NCBI GenBank assembly: GCA_963778655.1
Contig: CAVZVA010000007.1
Span: 1-10,496 of the forward strand
Direction of reading: 5' to 3'
Length of the DNA stretch: 10,496 nt
DNA from: an uncultured delta proteobacterium
Lineage (GTDB): Bacteria > Myxococcota_A > Polyangia > Polyangiales > JAFGIB01
Below, one piece after another: positions 1-7,643 of this stretch. A model generated the notes under the pieces. It ran no database searches. It was given only the letters and a program-made list of their open reading frames with translations, and was not told where the DNA came from. Both the position numbers and the translations under genes were made by a program. Positions within the stretch are counted from its first letter, which is position 1, and each line of letters starts with the position of its first letter.

Positions 1-112
1 ACGCACCGCAACAAATACCCATGGCCAGAAGACGGCCTCCCGTTCGGCAGGCTCGCCGCATCTGGAATGGGACTATAGTTCCCGGGGGCAGGGGAGTCGC
101 GAGACCGGAGGC

Positions 113-3040
113 ATGCATCGCATGTACGCTTCTGCACCTGCCGCACGCTCCAAAACCCGCGCACGCGGCGCCGTTGCGACGAGCGTGCTGGTCGTCCTTG
201 TGTTCGCCCTCCTGGTCGCGGTACTGGCCTACTTCGCCAACCGCACATCCGAGAAAGAGGCGGTACGCCAGTACCGCTACAGGCTGGTCCAGACCGCCGA
301 GCTGCGCGGCAAGGCAATCGAGTACTGGCTCTCGGAACGCTGGGGCGATGCCGCCACCTTGCAAGGTGCTTTGTCGCTTGCGGGGGAATCCCTGCAGACC
401 AAGCGGCTGCTGGCTGAGCTCGCCTACCTGGAGCGGATGCGTGTAGCGCTCGGCTACTCCGGGATCTCGGTGACAGCGGGCGACGGGCTCGAGATTGCCA
501 CTGCGGGCGAGACTTTTCCCGACTCCGAAGCGGTGCGCGAAGCCGTGCGGCAGGCCGCGCAAGGCGAACGGCGGGTGATGCTCGGGCCGCAGCGCTTCGG
601 CGCGGGCACAGGCCTGCGCCTGGCATTCGTGGTGCCGAGCCGCGAGCTCGAAGCAGCGGCGCGCGTTAGCGAGGACGTCATCGTCTTGTACTGGGACCCG
701 CGCCACGTGCTGTACTCGCTGCTGGAGGATCCGCTGTCCAGCTTCAGCTCCAGCGAAAGCGTGCTCATCCGCACCCAGGGCAACACCGTGGTGCACCTCA
801 GCCCGCTCAGGCGCGGCACGGAGGGCGCGTCGCCACCGGTCGCGCTGCATAGGCGCGACCTTCCCGCCATGTTGGCACTCAAGGGCCGGCACGGCGTAGC
901 CGAAGGCGTCGATCGCCGCGGCGTGCCGGTGCTTTATGCCTACGCACCGATCAGCGGGACCGACTGGCGTATTCTGGTGAAGATCGATCGCGCCGAGGCG
1001 CTCGCGCCGCTGACGCGGAGCACACAGATCATCGCCGCGTGGGCGGTGCTGCTGATCACGCTCGCCGCCCTGGCGGTGTTCTGGCTCGAGCGCCGTCGGC
1101 AGTTCGCGGACGTGCTGTTCCAGCAAAAGGCTGCGCTCGAGCGCGCCGCGCTCGAGGAACACTTCCGACAGCTGGCGCCCTACGCGCGCGACCCGACCTT
1201 TCTGTACGACGCCGACGGGCGGATCCTCGAAGCGAACGAGCGGGCCGTATCAATATACGGGTACCCGCACTCAGCGCTGCTCGGCAAGCGCATTGCGGAG
1301 CTGCGGGCTCCCGACTCGCTCGAATCACTGGCACGTGACAAGCGCGAAATCGAGAAGCGCGGCGAGCTGATGTTCGAGTCTGTCCACCAGCGGGCGGACG
1401 GCTCGACCTTTCCGGTCGAGATCAGCGCGCGCTACTTCGAAGTCGACGGGCGCGGCTTTTTTCACGCTGTCGCTCACGATATCTCGGCGCGCAAGAGCAC
1501 GGAAGCGCGCATTCAATCGCTCAATCGCCTGTATCAGACCCTGTGGCAAACCAACGAAGCACTGGTGCGTTCGAACTCGCTGGACGAAGTGATGCGTGAG
1601 ACCTGCCGCGTCGCGGTCGACGAAGGCGGTCTGGTTGGCGCCTGGATCAGCATGGTCGAGAAGGGGAGCGGCAAAGTCCGGCCGGTCGCCATGTCACGCG
1701 GGCTCGAGACCTATCTGGCGAACGCCGACATCAGCACCGACGCCAATGACCCGCGCGGCCGTGGCCCGATCGGGACAGCGATCCGCGAGGGCCGCACAGT
1801 CATCATTGAAGACTTCATGCATGATCCCGCCCTCGAACCATGGCGCGCGGCCGCGAGGGAATTGCGCGTCGCGACGTCGGCGGCCTTTCCTTTGCGGGTC
1901 GAGGACGAGATTGTCGGCACCCTGAGCTACAACTCGGCGATTCCCGGCTTCTTCGACGCCGAAATCGTGCAGCTGTTCGAGCAGACGGCGCGCGACGTGG
2001 GCTTTGCCATGGGGCGCTTCGCCGAAAACGACCGCCGGCTCGAGGCCGAGCGCAAACTGCTCGACAGCGAAGAGCAGTTCAAGCAGGCGTTCGAAAGCGC
2101 CAGCATCGGCATCGTCCTCATTGGGACCGACGGGCGCACCGTTAAAGTCAATCGCTCGATCTGCGCCATCACGGGATACCCTGCAGCCGAGCTGGTCGGC
2201 GAGCCGTTCCAGAAGTTCCTTGCGCCGAAAAGTGTCGAGCCGCTGCTGAAGCTGTTCGCGCAGATGCTCAGTGGTGAGCGCGAGGCCGTGCGCACCGAGG
2301 GACAGATCGTGCGCAAGGACGGACGGACGGTCTGGATCAGGGCCAACGCCGCGCGCGTCTGCGATTCGCTGGGCAAGCTGCGCCACCTGGTGGTCCAGGT
2401 AGAAGACATCTCCGAGTACAAGACTTCGGGCAATCGCGTGCGAGAGTACATGGCGCAGCTCGAGGAAACCATGACCGGCACCATCAGGGCGGTGTCGACG
2501 ATGGTCGAGATCCGCGACCCCTACACGGCGGGCCACGAACTCCGGGTCGGCAAGCTCGCGGCGGCGATCGCCGACGAGATGGGGCTGGACGCCGAGCGCT
2601 GCCGCGGACTGGACATCGCCGGCAGCCTGCACGACATCGGCAAGATCTCGGTGCCGGCCGAAATCCTGTCCAAGCCGACGCGCCTTCAGCCGGCGGAGTA
2701 CGAGATCGTCAAGATGCACGCGCAGTCCGGATACGACATCCTGAAGGACATCCGCTTCCCCTGGCCGATCGCCGAAGTGGCGCGGCAGCACCACGAGCGC
2801 CTCGACGGCAGCGGCTACCCGCAGGGCCTCAAGGGCGAGCAGATCATCCTCGAGGCGCGCATCCTTGCGGTTGCCGACGTCGTCGAGTCGATGGGCTCGC
2901 ACCGTCCTTACCGTCCGGCGCGCGGCCTGGACGCCGCGCTGGAAGAGATCGCCAACGGACGCGGCCAGCTCTTCGATGCGGACGCCGTGGACGCCTGCCT
3001 GCGGCTGTTCGGCGACAAGGGCTACCAGCTTCCGGCTTGA
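113..3040 (+). CDS. Membrane-bound HD-GYP phosphodiesterase (TM-dCache-TM-PAS-GAF-PAS-HD-GYP), probable c-di-GMP PDE
   Basis: 975-aa ORF. Two hydrophobic helices (VATSVLVVLVFALLVAVLAYF; IIAAWAVLLITLAALAVFWL) flank a Cache-like region (GVDRRGVPVLYAYAPISGTDWRILVKID). PAS motifs (DADGRILEANERA...HQRADGSTFPVEIS; GTDGRTVKVN...RKDGRTVW). GAF motifs (GRGPIGTAIREG, SAAFPL). Full HD-GYP set: TAGHELRV, LHDIGKI, HHERLDGSGYP, LAVADVVESM, HRPYR. GGAGG at 107-111 is better spaced for the ATG at 122 than for 113. Confidence 0.95.
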   Translation: MHRMYASAPAARSKTRARGAVATSVLVVLVFALLVAVLAYFANRTSEKEAVRQYRYRLVQTAELRGKAIEYWLSERWGDAATLQGALSLAGESLQTKRLLAELAYLERMRVALGYSGISVTAGDGLEIATAGETFPDSEAVREAVRQAAQGERRVMLGPQRFGAGTGLRLAFVVPSRELEAAARVSEDVIVLYWDPRHVLYSLLEDPLSSFSSSESVLIRTQGNTVVHLSPLRRGTEGASPPVALHRRDLPAMLALKGRHGVAEGVDRRGVPVLYAYAPISGTDWRILVKIDRAEALAPLTRSTQIIAAWAVLLITLAALAVFWLERRRQFADVLFQQKAALERAALEEHFRQLAPYARDPTFLYDADGRILEANERAVSIYGYPHSALLGKRIAELRAPDSLESLARDKREIEKRGELMFESVHQRADGSTFPVEISARYFEVDGRGFFHAVAHDISARKSTEARIQSLNRLYQTLWQTNEALVRSNSLDEVMRETCRVAVDEGGLVGAWISMVEKGSGKVRPVAMSRGLETYLANADISTDANDPRGRGPIGTAIREGRTVIIEDFMHDPALEPWRAAARELRVATSAAFPLRVEDEIVGTLSYNSAIPGFFDAEIVQLFEQTARDVGFAMGRFAENDRRLEAERKLLDSEEQFKQAFESASIGIVLIGTDGRTVKVNRSICAITGYPAAELVGEPFQKFLAPKSVEPLLKLFAQMLSGEREAVRTEGQIVRKDGRTVWIRANAARVCDSLGKLRHLVVQVEDISEYKTSGNRVREYMAQLEETMTGTIRAVSTMVEIRDPYTAGHELRVGKLAAAIADEMGLDAERCRGLDIAGSLHDIGKISVPAEILSKPTRLQPAEYEIVKMHAQSGYDILKDIRFPWPIAEVARQHHERLDGSGYPQGLKGEQIILEARILAVADVVESMGSHRPYRPARGLDAALEEIANGRGQLFDADAVDACLRLFGDKGYQLPA

Positions 3041-3093
3041 CGCCCGCGCCGCCGCGCGGGCACTCTGCAGCACTACCGTTCGCGCAGATCACG

Positions 3094-3270
3094 TTGAACC
3101 GACCCCTATTCCTCGGCGCGCTCGCAGCGGCGGAAATATTCTGGCTGCATCTCTCCGCCCCGCTCGAGAACCGCCTGGTCGACTTGTTCGTGCGGCTGCA
3201 CGCCGTGCGGCTCGCGCCGGACCCGGACATCGTCATGATCGACATCGACGAAAAGAGCCTGGCGAAGATG
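3094..3270 (+). pseudogene. 5' fragment of a CHASE2-domain sensor (commonly adenylate/guanylate cyclase), truncated
   Basis: Frame of ORF 3037..3642 reads LFLGALAAAEIFWLHLSAPLENRLVDLFVRLHAVRLAPDPDIVMIDIDEKSLAKM: a TM helix, then LE..L.D, then the D-I-V-x-I-D-I-D-E-x-S-L motif typical of the CHASE2 N-terminus. The expected following G-x-WPW-x-R motif is absent and the frame turns into Arg-rich nonsense. Start position uncertain (TTG 3037 or 3094). Confidence 0.8.
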
Positions 3271-3338
3271 CGGCGAAGGCGTTTGCGCGCAGGGGCAAGC
3301 TCGAATCGCGGTCCGTCGATTACCCCACGGGGCCCTGA
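3264..3338 (+). pseudogene. 3' remnant of a gene, probably the SH3-domain exported protein usually found upstream of this M48 peptidase type
   Basis: A different frame reads EDAAKAFARRGKLESRSVDYPTGP-stop (TGA 3336-3338), ending 2 nt before the M48 start, an operon-like spacing. It resembles my recollection of the A..FA..G.L..R.V.Y C-terminus of such proteins; not verified by search. Confidence 0.5.
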
Positions 3339-3340
3339 AC

Positions 3341-4172
3341 GTGCGCGCCGCCCTCTGCGCCTTGCTACTCGCCGCAGCCGCGCCTCCCGCCCAGGCGCAG
3401 TTCTCACTCGACCTCAACAGGCTGGTCGGCACGGTCAAGAAGATCCAGCAGGCGAGCAGCGAGGTCGACGAGCCGCAGGAGATCTCGATCGGGCGCGCCG
3501 TGGCGGCGCGTCTGCTCGGCGCCGCTGGTACCGGACGAGCGCCTGCAGCGCTACGTCAACAGCGTCGGGCGCTGGCTCGCGCTGCATACCGAGCGCCCCG
3601 GCCTGCCGTGGCATTTCGGCGTGCTCGATACCGACACCGTGAACGCTTTCGCCACACCGGGCGGCAACGTGTTCATCACCCGCGGCCTGTACGCGCGCCT
3701 GCGCAGCGAAGCCGAGCTGGCCGGCGTGCTGGCGCACGAGATCTCGCACGTGCTGCGCAAGCATCACCTGGCGGCGATGCAGAAGAACGCGAGGACCGGC
3801 CTCGCCGCGGACGCCCTCTCGCTCGCGCTCGCCAACCGCGGCAACAGCGAGGCGCGCAACAAGCTGATCTCCGCCGGCACCGAGCTTTACGCGCGCGGGC
3901 TCGACAAGTCCGACGAGCTCGAGGCCGACCGCCTCGGCGTGGTGATCGCGGCCCGCGCCGGCTACGACGCCTACGGCCTGCCCGCGGTACTGCAGACGCT
4001 CGAGGCGATCAATCCCGCGGACTCAAGCCTCGCGCTGATGTTCAAGACCCACCCTGCGCCCGCCGAACGGCTCGATGCGCTCGCGCAGACGATGCAGCCT
4101 ACCCTCGAGCGCTACGGCTCCCAGCCCGATCTCGCCGGGCGCTTTACGGCTGCAGCTTCGGCGAAGAACTAG
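3341..4172 (+). pseudogene. Exported M48-family zinc metallopeptidase (BepA/LoiP-like), frameshifted near 3519-3525
   Basis: Frame from GTG 3341: signal peptide MRAALCALLLAAAAPPAQA and E..IG motif up to ARLLGAA. Homology continues in another frame from ~3519: APLVPDERLQRYVNSVGRWLA...WHFGVLDTDTVNAFATPGG...ELAGVLAHEISH (HEXXH)...ELEADRLG...THPAPAERL, stop TAG 4170-4172. Confidence 0.9.
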
Positions 4173-4230
4173 CATAGGCCGCGCGCTTCTTCCGCTGCGC
4201 GTCGCTGGCGTGCATGCTGGCGTAGGCGCC

Positions 4231-4371
4231 GTGCGCCGCGGCGTGGCGAGCGCCCACAGCCGCAGCGGCGCGTTCCTGAGCTGCGGCTATCGGATGGCCA
4301 ACGCGCGCCAGGGTGCCGGCATGTGCACGTTCTCCGACGGCGCGAAGTATCTGGTGCATCTGGGCAGCTGA
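4231..4371 (+). pseudogene. C-terminal remnant of a small hypothetical (probably exported/lipo-) protein
   Basis: VRRGVASAHSRSGAFLSCGYRMANARQGAGMCTFSDGAKYLVHLGS-stop has normal GC3-rich codons and a beta-rich, two-Cys pattern (C.Y.M....G.G.C.FS.GA.Y..H.G) that I recall from betaproteobacterial hypothetical proteins. No credible start or RBS. Confidence 0.5.
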
Positions 4372-4440
4372 GCCGTCTGGTGGGTATGATCGATGCCGGG
4401 CGGGCCGCGGGCCCGTGCAGCGTGAGGCGATGGAACGTCA

Positions 4441-4450
4441 AGGGAGGGGG
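4441..4450 (+). promoter_or_regulatory. Ribosome-binding site for the MalT-like/BTAD regulator
   Basis: AGGGAGGGGG directly upstream of the in-frame GTG at 4455. Confidence 0.65.
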
Positions 4451-4454
4451 CCGC

Positions 4455-7400
4455 GTGGTTAAGGCTGGGCAGCGCACCGTCGCTTTCGCCAAGACCACGC
4501 GCCCGGCGATCGGCTCCATCGTTCCGAGGCAGCGCCTGTTCGCGCGCCTCGACGGGGCTGCGGGGCGCACGGTGGCCTGGATTTCCGGGCCGCCGGGCGC
4601 GGGCAAGACCACCCTTGCCGCGAGCTACGTCGAAGCGCGCGGTTACCGCTGCCTGTGGTACCAGGTCGATCCCGACGACGCGGACGTGGCGACGTTCTTC
4701 CACTATCTCGGGCACGCCGCGCGCAGGCTCGAGGGCGGCCAGAGTCGCGAGTTTCCCGCGTTCACGCCGCAGTACCGCTCGGATGTCGCATCGTTCGCGC
4801 GCCTGTTCTTCCGCCAGCTGTTCGCGCGCGCCAAGCCGCCCTTTGCGCTGGTGCTCGACAGCCTGCACGAGGTGCCGCCCGAGAGCACGCTGCACGCGGT
4901 GCTTGAAGCCGCATTCGCGCAGATACCCAAGCAATGCACGGTGATTGTGACCAGCCGTAGCGAGCCACCGGGGGCCCTGGCGCGCATGCGCGTGGCGGGC
5001 GAGATGGCGTGCGTCGGCTGGGAAGAGTTGCGTATCGCGCCGGATGAGCTGGGCGCGATCGCCCAGCTGCGCGGACAGAAGCTCTCGGCGGAGGCTGCCT
5101 CGCAGCTGCACGAGCGCACGCAGGGTTGGGCGGCCGGCTTGGTGCTGATGCTCGAGCACACCAAGCTCTCCGGCCAGGTCGCGGAGCTGCCCGAGGACGC
5201 GGCTCCCCAGGTGATCTTCGATTACCTCGCCGGCGAGATCTACGACCGCTTCGAGCCCGACACGAAGCGCTTTCTGGCGCACGTCGCATGCCTGCCGCGC
5301 ATGACCGCGGAAGTGGCGCAGACGCTCGCCGAGGAGCCGAAGGCGGAACGGCTGCTGCTCAACCTGGCGCGCAACGACTACTTCGTGAGCGAGGTGCTGT
5401 CGGAAGAGGGGCGCATCTACCAGCTGCATCCGCTGCTGCGCGAGTTCCTGCGCAGCAGGGCCGCGCTTGAGCAGCCCGAAGTGCTCGGGACCGAGCAGCT
5501 GCAGCGCGCGGCGGCGCTGCTGCGCGAAGCCGGGCAGACCGAGGACGCGGTGTCGCTGCTCGTAGAGTGCCGCGACTGGGCGCAGGTCGCCCGTATCGCC
5601 GCCGCCGAGGCGCAGCTCATGCTCGATCAAGGGCGCAGCGAGACACTCGGCGGATGGCTGGAGCTGCTGCCGCCGGCGCTGTTGCACGCCGATGCGGAGC
5701 TGCTCTACGCCTCCGGCGCCTGCCGGCTGCACGCGAGCCCCAGGGCGGCGCGGCGCTACCTCGAGCAAGCATTCGGGAGGTTTCGCGATGCCACCGACCG
5801 TCGCGGGATGATGCGCAGCTGTTGCGGCCTGATCAAGGCGACGATCCTGGAGTTCGACGATCTCGCGCAGCTCGATCACTGGACCGTCGTGCTCGCGGGC
5901 CTGCTGCGCGAGGGCGGAAGCGAGGGCCGCGACGCGGAGGCGCGCGCGCTACTGATCGCCGCGCTGCTGCTGCGCGATCCCGGCAACGCCGAGCTCGGCG
6001 ACTGGCTCGAAGGGGCCGAGCTGGCCGTCGCGCGGGCCATGGTGGCGCTGATGCAGGGCAATCTCGTCGCCGCCGAGGCGGCGGCCGACACGCTGGTCGC
6101 GCCGGTTCCCGGCCTGCCTGCGCTCGATGCGACCGCCAACGCTCTCGCCGCGGCGCTGCACTACTTACTTACCGGCGCGCACTCGCGCGCGCGCGAGGTC
6201 GCGAGCAGCGCGCTCCTGGCGGCCGAGCGCGAGGGCGTGCATGTCTACGACGACTGGTTGCGCCTCATTTCGATGGCGGCGTCGCTCGGCTCCGGCGACC
6301 GGGACGGGGCGCGGGACGAGCTGCGCGCGCTGGAGGGCGGCGGCGCGCGCCTGCGCCGCGCCGACCGCGCGCTGGTGCATTACCTGCGCGGCTGGCTCGC
6401 GGCGCTCGAAGGCGATGTGGCGAGCGCAAGCCTCGACGCGAAGAGCGCGTTGCAGCTGGCCGTCGAAGCGGGGATCCCCTGGCTAGAATGCCTGGGGCGC
6501 GCGGCGCTTGCCGACATGCTCGCCCGTACGGGCGACCAGCGCGGCTGCGAAGCACAGCTGAGAAGCGCGCAGGCGCTCGCGGACCGGATGCGCAGCGTCC
6601 TGCTGCGCTTCATCGTGCAGCTCGCGGCGGCCGAGGCGGCTGCCGCGATGAACGACGAGCGCGCCGCGCTCGGGTCGATCGCGAGCGCCTTCGCGCTTGG
6701 ACGCGAGCACGGCTTCCGGCACGCCCCCTGGTGGCGCTCGCAGGCCGTCGCCGACGTTTGCGCGCTGGCCCTGCGCCACGGCATCGAGACCGAGTATGCG
6801 CGCGCGTTGGTGCGCTCGCGCCGGCTGCTGCCGCAGCCTGCCCCACTGCGCCTGCGTGATTGGCCCTGGCCATTTCACGTGCACCTGCTCGGGGGGTTTC
6901 AGCTCCTGCGCCAGACCGTGTCCGTCGAGTTCTCGGGAAAGGCCCCTGGCCGGCCCATGGAGCTGATGAAGGTGCTCGTTGCCCTGGGTGGGCAGAATGT
7001 GCGCGCCGATCAGCTGGCCGACGCCTTGTGGCCGCACGTCGAGGCGGACTACGCCCACAAGTCGCTCACCGCCACCCTGCACCGGCTGCGCCGGCTGCTC
7101 GGCGACGACGAGGCGCTCGTGCTGCGCGACGCGCGCCTGAGCCTCAACCCGGCGCTCATCTGGGTCGATACCTGGGCGCTCGAGTGCGTGCTGGCGGCGC
7201 TCGACGAGGCGCTGCGCGCACCGGCCGCCGAGGCGGGCCTGCCGGCCCTGCAGGCGCTGGCCGACGAAACGTTCGCGCTCTACCGCGGGCCGTTTCTGCC
7301 TGACGAGTCCGAGCAGCCGAGCTATATCGCCTGCCGCGAGCAGATCCGCTCGCGCCTGCTGCGCTGCCTCGGCCGGGTTGCCAAGCGCCACGAGGAGTCA

Positions 7401-7631
7401 GGGCAGCGCGAGGCAGCCGTCGACTGCTACTTGCGCATCATCGAGGCGGATGCGTTGTTCGAGGCGCCATATCGAAGCCTCATGCAGTGCTACCAGCGCG
7501 GCGCGGACCCGTCCGAGGCGCGCGCCACCTATGAGCGGCTGCGCACTGTGCTGTCGACGCGGCTGAAGATCATGCCTTCGCCCGAGACGCAGGCGGTGTA
7601 CGCGAGCCTCGGGGCGCCCGCGCAAAGCTGA
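4455..7631 (+). CDS. MalT-like STAND ATPase transcriptional regulator with TPR-like helical region and C-terminal SARP-type wHTH + BTAD domains
   Basis: MalT-type N-terminus (AKTTRP...IVPRQRLFARL), Walker A GPPGAGKTT, Walker B LVLDSLH, IVTSR sensor-1, TQGWAAGLVL, IFDYLAGEI, YQLHPLLREFL. Ala/Leu-rich helical repeats in the middle. C-terminal VHLLGGF...LADALWP...LTATLHRLRRLLG...WVD...LYRGPFL...EAPYRSLMQCY...PSPET typical of SARP/BTAD. Start placed at GTG 4455 (RBS) rather than 4323. Confidence 0.92.
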   Translation: MVKAGQRTVAFAKTTRPAIGSIVPRQRLFARLDGAAGRTVAWISGPPGAGKTTLAASYVEARGYRCLWYQVDPDDADVATFFHYLGHAARRLEGGQSREFPAFTPQYRSDVASFARLFFRQLFARAKPPFALVLDSLHEVPPESTLHAVLEAAFAQIPKQCTVIVTSRSEPPGALARMRVAGEMACVGWEELRIAPDELGAIAQLRGQKLSAEAASQLHERTQGWAAGLVLMLEHTKLSGQVAELPEDAAPQVIFDYLAGEIYDRFEPDTKRFLAHVACLPRMTAEVAQTLAEEPKAERLLLNLARNDYFVSEVLSEEGRIYQLHPLLREFLRSRAALEQPEVLGTEQLQRAAALLREAGQTEDAVSLLVECRDWAQVARIAAAEAQLMLDQGRSETLGGWLELLPPALLHADAELLYASGACRLHASPRAARRYLEQAFGRFRDATDRRGMMRSCCGLIKATILEFDDLAQLDHWTVVLAGLLREGGSEGRDAEARALLIAALLLRDPGNAELGDWLEGAELAVARAMVALMQGNLVAAEAAADTLVAPVPGLPALDATANALAAALHYLLTGAHSRAREVASSALLAAEREGVHVYDDWLRLISMAASLGSGDRDGARDELRALEGGGARLRRADRALVHYLRGWLAALEGDVASASLDAKSALQLAVEAGIPWLECLGRAALADMLARTGDQRGCEAQLRSAQALADRMRSVLLRFIVQLAAAEAAAAMNDERAALGSIASAFALGREHGFRHAPWWRSQAVADVCALALRHGIETEYARALVRSRRLLPQPAPLRLRDWPWPFHVHLLGGFQLLRQTVSVEFSGKAPGRPMELMKVLVALGGQNVRADQLADALWPHVEADYAHKSLTATLHRLRRLLGDDEALVLRDARLSLNPALIWVDTWALECVLAALDEALRAPAAEAGLPALQALADETFALYRGPFLPDESEQPSYIACREQIRSRLLRCLGRVAKRHEESGQREAAVDCYLRIIEADALFEAPYRSLMQCYQRGADPSEARATYERLRTVLSTRLKIMPSPETQAVYASLGAPAQS

Positions 7632-7643
7632 GCACCGGCTGGA

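Noticed and set aside
1694..3073. 459-aa minus-strand ORF
   Set aside because: Antisense shadow of the HD-GYP gene, expected in high-GC3 coding DNA; no recognisable motifs.
3037..3642. 201-aa ORF as an intact gene
   Set aside because: Only the part up to 3270 is CHASE2-like; the rest is out-of-frame read-through across other remnants.
4323..4454. Longer N-terminus for the regulator
   Set aside because: Overlaps the upstream remnant; the RBS and MalT-like homology support GTG 4455.
4287..5879. 530-aa minus-strand ORF (and 6483..7391)
   Set aside because: Antisense shadows of the STAND-BTAD regulator.
5567..6859. 430-aa plus-strand Arg/Ala/Gly-rich ORF
   Set aside because: Off-frame reading of the regulator; composition typical of frame-shifted GC-rich sequence.
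7632..7643. Intrinsic terminator between the convergent genes
   Set aside because: Only 12 nt, with no hairpin plus U-tract visible.
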